Origin: Klebsormidium nitens
Taxonomy: Eukaryota > Plantae > Klebsormidiophyceae
NCBI GenBank assembly: GCA_000708835.1
Contig: DF237430.1
Span: 1-64,000 of the forward strand
Direction of reading: 5' to 3'
Length of the DNA: 64,000 bases
How positions within the stretch are numbered: the stretch's first letter is position 1; each line of letters opens with the position of its first letter. The notes under the pieces were generated by a model that had not been told where the DNA came from, ran no database searches, and saw only the letters and a list, made by a program, of their open reading frames with translations. This document shows, in pieces, positions 23,578 to 37,231 of the stretch. A program made the position numbers and the translations under genes.

Positions 23578-26500
23578 ATGGCGGAGAAGAATGCCCCCGA
23601 AGAGCGCGGTTGCCACATTCCGCTGCTGACGCCCCTCAACAACCAGCTCAAGAAGTTTGGAGTTATGGTGGACGACGGGCTTAAGGCCACTTTCGGGGCA
23701 GTGGGGCTGTTCACCGGAAAGCGGCCGCTGCTGGTCATCGCCGGGTCCATCCTTCTGACACTTCTGTTTGCGCTTGGCCTCCTGCGCTTCAAGGTGCGCA
23801 CCTGCTTGCCGTGCGGCCTGATGAAAGAGCATTGCACAACTGAATAGAAATTCAACTGTCACCCCTTGCTTTGACTCCAGCATGCTCAGCTGAATCAGTA
23901 TTGGGGATCATTTTTGGCTTCCCCACTAGCCACTATGTTTACTAAAGTTGCTTGTCGATTGTGCCTGTTCAAGGAACCGACGTCCAATTCTCTCCTCTCT
24001 TGGTATCCTCAGATCCAGAACAACCAGGAGAAGCTGTACACTCCACAGAACAGCCAGGCCTTCACTGACAGGGCCTTTGTGAACACCATCTTCCGGTTCC
24101 CAGACCGGGAGACTGTTGTCTTCATCACAGACCCAAAAAACTCCAACAGCAACATCCTCACAAAGCCTGCACTGCTGGCTTTCCTTGATGTGTACAACAA
24201 TCTGGCAAGGTAAGCTGCACTGCAGAACCAATGTGAAGCTGCCTGCTTTCAGGAGAATCTGAGTCTGTTTACTGCAAGCATGTAACATGCTTCTTGGTTT
24301 GATTAATACATTGAACTGCAAATCTGTAGAAGCCACACAATTTGAGCTGCTGAAAGCACCACCAACAGGTTATGGGTGCTCCAAACCAATCATTGACCTT
24401 GTCCTGCTTTCATCTCTGACTGTGAATCAATGCAACGACACTCAGATAATGACGCACTGGGGTACTACACTTTCTCTGCATTTAACGGCATTCTGGTCAA
24501 TCACAGTTGTGAGCATCTTGTCTCATCCATACGCAGTCTCTGAGTTTCGAACTCCAACTGTCGAGTTTCTAAAGGGCAATTACAAACACTCTGTTTGCCC
24601 TCACAGCTTCAACGCCACCAACGCCGGCATCACATTCAACTTGGAGAGTCCGCGCATCTGCGACCGACCCGGCGGCCCTGGCACACCGTGCGACATCAAA
24701 AGCGTGCTTGCATACTGGAACTACAGCGCGGCAGCCATCGAGGCAGACCCGGATATCGCACTCACGGTCTCCAACCCAGGAACTGTAAGACAGGAACATC
24801 ATTCCTTGGATTCTAATGTTCCCGGGTTGTTTTAGATCTACGAGTTCTCCAAGTGTGGTTGTTGTGCATTTCCTGTCAGGTTTGATCCCTTTCCGTGTGC
24901 ACAGTCTGTGCACTATGCAATGAAGACCTGATCCATGTCAACTGCAGACCAATGCGCTTTAGGAAGCGTCCATTCAGCACCTCTTGCGGGGAGTAAGGTC
25001 ACCCTCTAGATAAGACATATCTTCCTCCTCAGACACCCATTATAGAACTTTCTTTCCCGGAATGTCGACTGTTGACGACTTGGAAAGGCGACCAGGTTCT
25101 TCGTTCACATTTCCTCGACCGCCCAACACGGATAGACCTATTTCCTTTGCAGGACGGTCTCGGCCGGTCCATCAACCGGGGGGAGGTGATGGGCGGGGTG
25201 GTGACGGACCCGGCAGGCAAGGTGGTGTCCGTGGCGGCTTTCCAGCTGAAGATCAACAACCAGAACAACAAGCCCAAGATTGACTCCAGCTCCAAGGACG
25301 ACTACGTGGAGGCCTGGGAGAAGGGCGCCATTGATGTGATCAACAAGGTGCGGATCCTCTCTTTTGTCCTCAGCAAACGGATGCCTCTTCTTGGAGCAGC
25401 TCAGGTGTTCTGATCATGTTTAAGGGAACTCAAGTCAACTTCGCAAAGGGATGAAGTTCCCTGCTCGTTTGTTGTCGGCCTGCCTCATCTTCGCTGCCAG
25501 GCTTTGGCGGCTTCTCCTGCAACAAGTCGAAAATCAGCGTTTGCTTGAGCAAGCGCTCTGAAGTTGCACAAATCTGCTCGAACAGGCCCGAGACCAGGAG
25601 CGTGTCACCAACTCGCCGCATGCTCCTGCGTCGAGTGGCGAAGCAGCCACGAATCGTCCAGTCGTTTCTCAGCTGACGTCAGACCAGTGCCCTCGAAATC
25701 ATCATACTAACCCCATCTTTCAATTCTCCCAGCACTCCCCCCGCACTGTCATCGCCCCGTACATCGCCACCGAGTACGGCCAGCAGTACGAGTCGGACAG
25801 CGCCATCAGCGCTGACATCAGCCTGCTGGTGGTGGGCTATATCCTGCTGGCCGCTTATGGCCTCGTCGTATTGGCCAAGAACCACCCCGTCTCCAGCGCG
25901 TCCTGGCTCGCGGTCGCGTCCATCGGGAGCATTTTATTGGCCGTCGTCTGCGCCTTTGGCTTTGCCAGCGCCATCGGGACCGAGTTCAGCCTCGTCGAAC
26001 AGGTGGGGCTCCGCCGCGCGAGTGCAGTCTCACGAGCAGTTTGCCTGAATGATTGAAAGCAAACTGAGTCCGATCACCTTTGTAACGCAGCGAGAGCACT
26101 CCATTTTGTAGGGGTGAGAAATTGTGTGCCCTGGAAACTGACTTCGATGCCCCGTTGAATTCGACCATGAGCCGGGGGGTCTTTGATGCGGCCAAGCAGG
26201 TGCATAACTCTTCCGACTCAGATTGGTTGTTTTTCAATACCCAGTTGCTCTTACCCAATTCGTCCTTCAACCCAAGCCGTTCCATGCGCCCTGACCAGCG
26301 TCACTCCCTCCATCCCTAACTAAAGACTCGGAATTGCGTGATCCAGTAGACGGGCCATGTATGTTAAGCCCACTGCCCGGAAGTGGCGGGTCAGAGTGGG
26401 GTCCAGGGTGGGCACAAATGCAGAGCGGGCAAGACATGACGTTCGGGCTTTTAACCTTTTCGAAAGTGCCAGTAAAGTGTGGCCATAAAAATCGAGTTCG

Positions 26501-29500
26501 AGACTATTGTCCCTAACCCCCTCCCCGCTCGCTCCCCTCCGCAGGTGTTGGCGCTGCTGCTGCTTGGCCTGGGCACGGACGACATGCTGGTCATTATGGC
26601 GAGCCACCAGGAGACCGCCGACAAGGGCCTCTCCCTCCCGCAGCGCCTCTCCGCCACCATGGCCAAGGCCGGCCGCGGCATGTGAGCCGGCGGTCCGTCT
26701 CTTGCCGCTCAAATCTGCTCATTCCATTCGGTCCGAATGACAATTTGGAGTTGCTGCCGTCTCAGGAGGTCAGTGCCTTGACACTTGTTGTCGGTGTGAA
26801 TCTACAGTAGCGGTGTGCAGATTTACGAGAAGAGAGATTCGCCTGACTGCCTGTTGTCAAGCGCGGGTCTTGTCGCCAGCCCCGCCGGGCTGACGCGTGG
26901 CGCACTCTGAGTGCAGCATTGTGACTACGTCGACCAACTTCGTGGCGTTCGCTACGGGCATCAGCTCCGAGCTGCCCGCGCTGAAGGGCTTCATGATCTA
27001 CGCCGCAGCCGGGGTGAGCACCGCTGACACGTCACCCGCAGTTCGGCTGCCAGTACCTCTAGTTTGCCTGTTGAATCCTATCTTCCACCCTGTTTTGTCG
27101 AGCTTTGCTTCTACCCTCAGGGCCTGGAATGTTCGTTCATTGCAGTTGAAGTTGAGGAAACGCCCTGCTTTTTGGCCATATGCCTAAACCGTACCGCTCA
27201 CGAGTCGCGGGGTCTGGCCAACCCACTTCTCCTACTGCCGTTCTGTCGAAATCTACCATCACGTTTTCTCCCAAACTGTACCCGAACTGTCAATGTTTCG
27301 AAGGAGAACACTTCGCCTCAAAGTCACGCATCCCTGCAGGTGATCTTCGTGTTCGTTTACCAGACGACCTTCTTCGCGGCGTGCCTCCTGCTGGACATGC
27401 GCCGCCAGGCCGCCAACCGCGTCGACTGGCTCTGCTGCATACAGACCAGCCGCGGGCCTACCCGCGGTTGCGTCGGAACCTTCACCCCGGGCGGGGATAA
27501 CATCAGCCAGCGACTGATCGGGAGGTACTTACCGGCCGCCATTCTGCACTGGGCGGGCAAGATTGTGGTGATGGCAATTACGGTGGGGCTGCTGGTTTTG
27601 GGGGTCGCGGGCGCGGTACAAGTGCAGCAGGTGAGGCGGCACACGTGAAGCGCTTCTAAAACGTCTTGCATACGTTCGTTCTAAAAGAAACAACAACCAA
27701 TCAAAGGGTACTCTTTTCTCCTGTTCAACAAACTGTAAGAGCTGGTATTACGGGAATCGTTGGCTGTTATCAGAACGAGTGGATTGACCAGCACCTTCAT
27801 TGCACATGTATGCAACACGATTCAACTAGGAAGTGCGACTCTGATGTACACTTTTGTTCGTCTATGACAGAACTTTGACGGCGACTGGTTCGTGCCGCAA
27901 AAGAGCTACTACCAGGACGTGCTGAAGGTGCAGAAGCAGTACTTCCAAGGTGAGCGCGCGCGGATCGAGACACCAGCCAACCCCTGCTTACTTAGAAGTT
28001 GGAGAATCAGGGAAACGCTGGAGATTTGGAATTGGCAGTGCGTCGCAGACTTATCAGTGCTCGTAGTGCTGATTGTTTTCAACGGCTCTTCTTGCGCTAG
28101 TCTGTCTAATCGACTCTTATTTTCGATCGTCCGGCGCGCGTTTGCGATATAAGATGTTTGATGCAGATGACGGATCCAAATTCCACCAGCTTGATGCTCG
28201 CTTGTAAACGGTTTCAAAATGCTACACGCGCCAACACCGCTTTCGCCTTGTGACGCGCGCCCCTGTTCGCAGGCAACGTGGTGCCCTTCGGCGTCTACAC
28301 CAAGAATTTGGCGCAGCCGCCGCTGGACTACTTCGCGCACCAGCAGGAGCTCGAGGCCATTTCCACCGAGCTCAAGGTCAGCAGCTTGAGACTGCTTGGT
28401 CCGAAGAGTTTCTCTTTGTTTCGTTGTGGGGTGCCTGGTGTTTCGCATAGTGCTTCATACTTCTAGCAAACCTGTGATTTGAAAGCTTTTCCTGAACTAA
28501 GACGTTAAGAGGCCGCGAGGGAAGGACCTCTTCCGACTGCAATCGCAACGTTGCATTTCAGCGGCTTGGCCGTTACCCCAAAACATGCCCAGCCGTCCGC
28601 ACTCACCGGTTGCTTTCCGGGCGTCCGTGCAGGCCAGCCCTTACGTTGCAACCATTCCCCCGGTTGACTCGTGGTACGCTGCTTACGTGGCGTGGCTGCC
28701 CACCAGCAGCCACGCGGCCGCGCTGTCCGCCGCGGGGCTGCCCCGGACGTCCGCCGACTTCCACGCCTGGCTCGCCGAGTTCCTGGACACGAGCGGCGCG
28801 CGGTACGTGCGTGACGTCATCTTCTTCGACGGCAACCGGACGAGCGTCAGGGCAACCAAGGTCCAGGCCTACTTCAAGAACGCGCCCAACTCGCGGTACC
28901 AGGTCAGAGAACCGGATGTGCTGCTCCGCTGATTCTCTGCCTGCTCAGAGGTTTCGTTCTTGCGCCCTTTTGCATGCAGCGAGACCAGCGAATACCTTCC
29001 TTCGTCAGCCGCGCCGCCTCGCATGCTTCTCAAGCCCCGTGAAGAGACGCCCAAAGTTGAAACCGCTTGAAAGACGAGCTGTCGGGGCTTGTCGGCAGCG
29101 ACATCCACTCACCCTTTCCGGCCAATTTTCCTCTCAGTTAGATCCGACACCCTTCTTGGAAATGTTGTTGACCCTTTTTTGAGGACTGTACTTGACTAGG
29201 TTTGGGCGTTCTGAGCTCATCGAACCGTTCCTCGCCGCAGGTGGACGCCATGAATGCGGCGCGGGATATCGCGCTCAGCGCCGCTCCCACCCTCAACGGC
29301 ATCGCGTATACGGACGCGTTCCTCTTCTGGCAGGCAAGTCACTCCGTCACCTTCTCAGCAGCGGTGACGTCACCCTGACGCCACTGTCACTGTAGCAGCC
29401 GATTGTGTCCTGCTTCGGCTCTTTAGTACTTCTTGCTATGCTTCCTCAGAAGGGCTCCGCAATCCAGCTCTAACACGCGCCTTCGGATGCAGGGCTACGA

Positions 29501-31004
29501 GTCGATCGTGTGGGATACGTTGCGTGACGTCATCATCGCGGGGTCGGTGGTGTTCGTCATCATGATCGTGCTGCTCGGGGACCTCGTGGCCGCCATCGCC
29601 GTCGGCGCCATGGTGAGAAGCCCTTCCCTTAACGGCACGCCCTTCCCTAATCACAGCCGCCAGAGTAACCGAACGGAAGATCTCGGCAGAGCCTTTCTAG
29701 CGAGCCCGTTCTCCCTTGTCCTTCAAGAGCCCTCCATCCGCTTAGAGAGATTTCGTAGCACCTCTGAAACGCCAAGTCGCCTGTGCTCTGGTTAGCTTAC
29801 GATCTGTCCAAAGCGCTGTCACAAGCATAGTCTCTGCCCTCGCCCGAATCTCGCCAACCGGAAAAGATAGCCAATCAGGATTTGTCAGTGCTTTGTCGGC
29901 CCATAGGCTCATTCAATCGTTTTTCCTTCTAGAGAAGGTGTTGACGGAAGATTTGTCCCCTTCCGCCGTACGTACTCAGTAGCATATGATAACAACAGTG
30001 CAGGCCGCGACAAAAGTAAAAGTACAGAAGTACGCGCTTCGCATTTCTACTGACTCTGACCTTGTACCCTAAACTCACCCATCAAACGGCCATAACCTTA
30101 TCCTACCTAGCTTCTCCTTTTCCTTACCTAAGCTCTCGGCCACTCCGCGGCAGGTGGTGTGTGTGGACGTGGAGCTGGTGGGGTCGCTGCACTGGCTGGG
30201 CCTGAGCTTCAACGCCGTGACGGCCATCAATCTGCTGCTGGCCATCGGGATCGCCGTCGACTACTCCGCATTCATCGCCTACTCCTTCATGGACTCGCAC
30301 GGCTCGCGCGACGCGCGCGCCAAGAAGGCGCTCGCGCGCCTGGGCGTGGCCGTCTTCAACGGCGGCTTCACCGTCTTCCTCGCCATCGTCTGCTGCGCGG
30401 GCGCGCAGTCGTACATCTTCCGCACCTTCTTCAAGGTGAGGGGGGCAGAAAGTGCGCGCGCGCTAGCGTGCGACGCGGCTGGGACCTTTTCATGTGTGGA
30501 CGGCACCGCCGCAGATTCGATTGCTTCGCTTCTCTTGAGGCGCAGCTTCAGTGAAAGTTTGAAGAGGCCAAATCCCTTTTATGTCGTCTTTGTTCCCGAG
30601 CATTGGAAATGTGAACTGCAGTAATACCCGCAATCAATAAAACAACGAGGGCTTTGGTCACAAGATCAATCATTTGGACTTCCGCGACAGAGAGTCAAGA
30701 CGATCGGAGCATTCAATCAGTGTACGCTGGAAGAAAGATCTGAGGCGCTAATTCTCTGTGATTTTTCCAGATGTTTTCGGGCATCGTGCTGCTGGGGCTG
30801 TGGCACGGCCTGGTGGCGCTCCCCGTGATCCTGAGCCTCATCGGGACGGCCCCCTACCAGAGCCTCGCGAGCTCAGACTACGCCGACAACGGCGTGCTCA
30901 ACGCCCCCGCGGGGGGGAAAGACGACAAGGCCCCGGTGAAAGAGGTCGCCATGCAGGCGCCAACCGTGCCCACCATTGTTGGGAACGGCTTGTCCATTCA
31001 CTGA
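23578..31004 (+). CDS. Patched-related / NPC1-like RND sterol-sensing-domain membrane transporter, about 14 exons
   Basis: Sterol-sensing-like TM cluster (ADISLLVVGYILLAAYG..., LLLLGLGTDDMLVIM, FFAACLLLDMRRQAANRVDWLCC); second TM repeat with ELVGSLHWLGLSFNAVTAINLLLAIGIAVDYSAFIA, FFKMFSGIVLLGLWHGLVALPVILS. Confidence 0.9.
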
Positions 31005-32173
31005 CGCGTCTTCGAACTAGAGCTGCTATAACCGCGCTGATCGGTTTATATAAGATTGGGCGGTCGGTCAAAAAGGTCGATGGTAATGCTTAGCCCATTG
31101 CGGAAGACCATCATGGTCGATAACGTATTTTGAGGGCAATCAGCTAGGTACTCCTATTGTTATCTACTTGTACATATTTATCGATGAGGTCTACGTACAT
31201 GGACCGGGTCGCACATTGCGGGAGGATTTTTGTATCATAAAGATATTTTAACCGTTTGTGATGTCTTCATACTGAGCACATTTGGTCGACTCCTGTGGCC
31301 TTGCCAGCATCTAAAAATATAGACAAATAAGGCTGAGTCGTGCATAGGCAATCGGGATTCGAACCGATGGGAATGTGACCGGCGTTCTACAGCTTAGCAC
31401 CAACTCAGTAAGAGCTGCAAGCCGCTGCGGCAAGCAGAAAATACGTCGCGCAATAGACATGAGGCGAATATTGCCAAATATATATGATGCAACAAGATAT
31501 ATGTTGTAACCACTCAAAACATCAACCTTCTCAAGGCGCGTTGCAAAACTACATGCATCAGACGCCGCCACATGAGCACCAATATATAGACGGCTCAAAC
31601 TTTCAGCATCTTAGTGCATGACGGCCATGTCATTGTACCTAATATATCGGACAAAACACCACAGTTAGCATAAGCTTATCTCAGGGCACGACACTGCATG
31701 TATAGCTATCACAAACTTAGGCTGTGCAGGCCGGCTGCAATCGAGCGGACATATAGAGCATGTGTCTATCCTTGAGTAATGGCGGCCGCGTGCTTTCACG
31801 GTTCGTCATGTTGCGATGTCCCGACCCAACTGATTGGAAGCACTAGCCGCGCTGCGCTAATCGGACGGTCGTTCAGCGCCTATAGGAGTGCAAGCTCGGC
31901 AGATCTCGATGTCCAGCAGTGGCTTACGAAGATAGTAGGATGTTGATTCAAAGAATGTTGATTCAAAGAAAGTCAGACAGCTTTGCTTATAATCTGGGAC
32001 CACTCTCTACCTTCGAGAGCTATATGCTCGAGTGCTATATAATCAACAATTGTTGCAACCTTCGGGTTCGTTCTAGTATCTCAAGTAGTGATATGCGACT
32101 TTCTTAACGGTGTGCGTGCTCAAATTGAATGCGCAGAAGTCCATCTGGAGTCTGCCAAAAATCATTGACGGTC

Positions 32174-35100
32174 TCACGTGAAGCCGCTGGCATCCCACAA
32201 CTTTTGCAACGACTCCCGCTCCTCCTCTCTTGTCTCCCACTCCTCCTCGTACTTGGCCAGCTTCGCTTGGCTCGCAACCTTCTTTCTCTGCTCCGCCATC
32301 GCTTTCTGCACGTCAGCTCCGGCCGCCAACATCCTCTCATCACACTGCGCGCATACCTTCTCTTCCTGCTGAATGGAGTCCTCTAGTTTGGCAATGCGCC
32401 GTTTCACCTCCTTCAACTTCTTGCTCAACCCGTTCCGGTCCAGTTCCGGTCCCACGACCCCTTTTTGACCCGGCTTCTCCCTTACGTCCTCCCGCCCCGT
32501 GATTCCTTCCGCCGGATCGCCAAACTCAACCTCCCCCAGTAGCGTATGCCGCATCTCGAAGCCCCCTCCCGGCAGCACGCGCGCCACATGCGTCGGCTCC
32601 AGCGCGGAGCAAAACTCGCGGTCGTGGGAGATAACCAGGATCGCGCCCCCCCACTTTTTCAGCGCGGCCGTCAACGCTTCAATGGTCGCCTTGTCCAGGT
32701 GATTGGACGGCTCGTCTAGCATCATGACATTGCACGGCCGCAGCACAAACGTGGCCAGCGCCACCCGCGCCTTCTCCCCCCCCGAGAGCGCAGAGATCGG
32801 CCGCAGGGCCTTGTCGCCCGACAGACCCAGAGCTCCGAGCATGGACCGGCCGCGCTCGAGGGTCAGGTGTGTACCGTCCTCCGAAGCAACCTGGCAGGGG
32901 GGGCAGATTAGAGCTGTCACTCAGAGGCTGACATCCGGTACGGTTTCGAAGCTGCTCTAGCAGACATGAGACAGGGTTGCTGCATCCGAGAGATTGTCAA
33001 GCATCCCCAGGGACTTGCTGTCAAATCAAACGCGCTTTGGACGGCGCAGAGACTCCATTCGAAGGCCTCCTCAAGAATCAGCAACATCTCTCAATCGTCC
33101 TCGAACCAGTCATCTCAGCAGCTTAAGGAGCTCAAAAGCGAGGTGCGGTCAAAAGAAAAAGGCCTTGTGTGGTCGGAGGCAACGAACGAAGCGTAAGAAC
33201 TTACGTCCATGAGGTAGTCCAAGCCCGACTTGTCCTGCGGCAGGTACTGCGCAAGATCCTGTGTGAATACGCCCAGCTTGGCGTCCCGCCCCAGGATGCG
33301 CTGGCCGCCCTGCAGCGGGTGGCGCCCCGCCAGGCTGTGCAGCAGCGTCGACTTGCCCGCGCCGTTGGGACCCAGCAGCACCTGAGCACAGCAAGGCCAC
33401 GTGGCAGGCTCAGACACCGCAGGGTTGCTGATGCAAAGATGCTTTTCTCGACGGTATGACTCAAAGACCCAGGAGCTAGAAAAGCGCCGGGTGGAAAGAA
33501 GAGGCGCCGGAGGGCAAAGGGGCGAGACGAAGCGGGGATGTCGGACAAAAACGACGAACATGCTTCTGGCGATGCCGTCCGATCAGGCAGTGAGATTACT
33601 AGAACGACCCTACAAGGATAAACGGAGAGCGGACCGGCCACACCCGCGCCATGAGCACTGCGTGCCTCACAGGAAGCGCGAACAACTGCCGGTGTTACCA
33701 TAAATTATTCGACACAAAATCGGGGCCCGCTCACCACTCTCTGTCCCCGCTCAATGCAGAACTGCACGTCCCGGATGAGGGGCGCCTCCTTTGTCCAGCC
33801 CACCACCCCGTCCTTCAGCTTGAGAACCTCCACGGCCGACGGCAGGGGCGCAGGCAAGTTGATTGCTACCTGTCACGGCATGGAGACTGTCAGGGCGTGT
33901 GACGCACGACGGCCCTGGCTCGAAGAAGGGCTACTTGCAGCAAAGAAGCAATCAAGAAGGACAGGGGAACACGGGCAGACTGGACGTGTACCTCTTGCGC
34001 CGCACAAACATACCAGCGACATAAACAAGAGCTAGAAGACTGGAAGTGCGGGCAAATAGGCAGCGGCCGTTCAGCTTAGTCCTGAGTTAGTTCAAGGAGG
34101 ATGCCGTTTCCGTCTTCTTGAAGCAGGTAACATACTCACTCGCGCCTTGGGTTTGTCTGTGACGGGGGCCTCCAGCTTGTCAATGCGTGCAATCGCTTTG
34201 AGGCGCGACTGTGCCGCGGACGCCTTGGTGGCCTTGGCCCCCAGCTTGTTCACGAACTCCTGCATGTGCGCAATCTCCGCCTGCTGCTTCTCGTACGCGC
34301 GCACAGCCTGCAGCGTTCAACAGGGGTCGCACCAGTCAGTGAAGGCACAATTTCGGAACATGCCAAAGGAAACGTGCCCACCTCGCTCCCAACAACACGT
34401 TGACGACAGCGAAAACCCAGTCAGGATGTTTCGGCCTCCAAGTGACTGACAAAAGCAGGTTAAAGCCGCTGTGAAAGACAAGGCAACGAAGAAAAAGTGG
34501 CCCACCTGGTCGAGGCGCGCGGCACGTTCCGTCAGGAACTTTTGGTAGCCGCAGTTATAGACCTCGAGCGTGCCGCGCGCAACCTCGGCAATCCGATCGA
34601 CGCCCATGCTGGTCAGCAGATTCTCGTCGTGCGTCACCAGCATGCACGCACTGTCTGACGCCTTCAGATGGCCCGCCAGCCACTGCCGGGCCGCCACGTC
34701 CAGGTGGTTGGTCGGCTCGTCCAGCACCAACTGCAGCGCACAAAAGTTCAATGATGCTCCGGCCGGTTCCGCTACCTCCCGCAAGATGTCGCTTCCGACG
34801 AGTGCTTAACGGTGTCTATCGACTGTCCCAGGCTGGATGTTATTCAAACACTTTTCAATTTAAGGGGTCCACTGGTGATGAAAGCCTCGCAAGGAAATAT
34901 GGTCAGTGGTGCTTGAGAACGTTGGGGACAGTACCATACTAGCTGGTTGCAAGAGGAGTGACGTAACTCTGCACTTGCAAGAAGGAAACAAGACGAGCTT
35001 GATGATGCTCCTGCTAGTGTCGGCGCATCCAAAACCTAGACGGAAGCATGAGAAGTTAAAGTAGTGCAAGTAACAATCGACATCTTCTTTCAAATCCAGT

Positions 35101-37231
35101 TCGCACAATCACATCAAAAACGCCCAACGTACCAGTGTGTCCTTCTTGCCCCCCTGCGAGGCAGACTGCGTGCTCAGCAGCAAACGCGCCAGCGCAATGC
35201 GCATCTGCCAACCGCCAGAGAACTCACTGCACTTCTTCCCCCAGTCAGACTTGGCAAAGCCTAGCCCGTCCAGGACGCTGCAATAGGCACGCCACAATAT
35301 TGTAAGGGCAGGACAGTTTGAGCAGGACGCAACGGGACTCATCAGAGCAACGACTCCTTTCTGTGATACTTAGTCGCCAACGTCTGAGTTGCGGCGAGTG
35401 GACCTGACGCATCATCCTTGATCTGTCAAGCAGGGATAAATGGCAGGGCAACTTTGCTTAACTATGCTGGCCGGTCTTCAGCTCCAGGGGTCGAGATCCG
35501 TTCAACAAGCAGCCCTTGATCGATCTCATTTCGGAAAGACAGGTAGGGGCACCGAATCCATGATCTCACCTAGCTATCATTTCGTCTTTCCGATACCCGC
35601 CCACCGCCTCCAACCTTTCCTGGTGTTCCATCAGTCGCTCTGCTATCGCCTCCACCTGTCTGTCTGCTAGGCCTTTCTCCTCCGCCTCCATTAGCTCCTC
35701 CTCTGCCGCTGTGACCGCTGCCCAGGCTTGGTTGATGTCATCCATTCGCGAGGCAGCCTCGTCCCAGACAGAGCGGTCAGAGCCGCTAACCGCAGTTTGC
35801 TCCAGATAACCCACGTGCACTCCGCGAGACACCACTATCCGCCCACCCTCTGGGGCGAGCTTGCCGACACAGGCCCGAATCAATGTTGACTTGCCAGCCC
35901 CGTTTGGCCCAACAACTGCAATCTTTTGCTTTGGAACAAGACGCAGGTTGGCATCTGGAAGAGTGCAAACCATTGGGTAAGTGGGCACCTGAGCAGTCTA
36001 AGAAGAGGCTGCTGTGAGTGGCCTTAAACCATAAGCAGATGAATCCTTCAAAAATCACTTCCCAGCCACCGCCATCTGATTAGAAGACTCTGTGCCTGTT
36101 ATCCTCTGAGAAGCTATTGCTGCCAGAGTAGTGGGGGGCACAAAACAATGCAAGGGGGAAATACTTCACAAAGTAAGTGTTGGGTCACGACTAAACCTAC
36201 CTTTCAACAGGTCATTTCCGCCCACACTGATGATTGCGTCTTCCACCACAAGGACCTGTACAATAACGCGCGAAGTCAATGACTGCAGAAACGCTGCAGA
36301 AAGAGAGAAGTGCCAAGCAAGCCGGCCGGTCTAGCGGACCATATGGGCGTAACAGGTTGTAAATGCCTCTGCGACTCCTTTCAATACTGCACTCCAAGAA
36401 GATCAGCATCCCCCTCCGATATAGAAATGCCCCAATCGACATCTCCAGCAGCAACACAAGTGGATCCCAAGCAGTGAAGGCTTCACATCATATCACATCA
36501 AAGAAACCCTTGTCAGGAAATGACAGCATTGCAAGCTGCTTGTAAGGTTGCCCCTTCTCAGGAGGGGCCAGTCGCAGCGCACACCCAGCCAGTCAACCAA
36601 AAGTCTGGGCAGCCCCGACAAGAATCTTATCAGGCTCAGCACCCAGGACAGACCCAGGGCTTACTCAGCATCCAATGGTTTAGGGTTCCCCTTAGGGTTC
36701 TGACTCAGAGGTAAGGGCGTAACCCGCCCAAGCACATAATCAGCTCACCGCTCCTGCAGTTTCTCCCCGTGGCGGTCGAATCTCATCCGTTTGCAACAGG
36801 CTTTCGCTGTCAGTCGGACCGGCAGCATTGTTCGGCAAGCTTTCACTGCCACTCGAGCTGGCGACGTCTGAAGCACTTGGGCGGGCTGTATCTGTCGATT
36901 GTGCCACTCTGCTTTGCGTATAGTCTGCCAACTCCTTCTCTAGGGGTCGGTCTGGCGTGCTGGCAAGTGGTGGTACATCTAAAACAGCGCGCGTACAAGG
37001 CCTGGGGAAGCTTGCTTTACTTTTGGCTTGGACATGGTCCAAAAACCCCGTGAAATGGTGAGAGGATCGAAGCAAGGACCCCAAACCATCACTTCTTGAG
37101 CAATGCCGTGGTAAGGCTCTCAGATCTTGACACGGCGCTCCATGATCGCAGCGGGGTGCTTGCAACTGCAGCGTTCCTGCTGGGCACGGTCCTTGGAGAT
37201 CAAACGTCGCAGCCCTGAGGCCCGGGGCCAT
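32174..37231 (-). CDS. ABC-F family ATPase (two NBDs, no TMD) with C-terminal coiled coil; long Ser/Ala-rich N-terminus suggests organelle targeting; N-terminal exon linkage uncertain
   Basis: Walker [13 protein letters not shown] (twice), signatures [15 protein letters not shown] and [23 protein letters not shown] / LDEPSNHLD, linker [40 protein letters not shown]. Confidence 0.92.
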
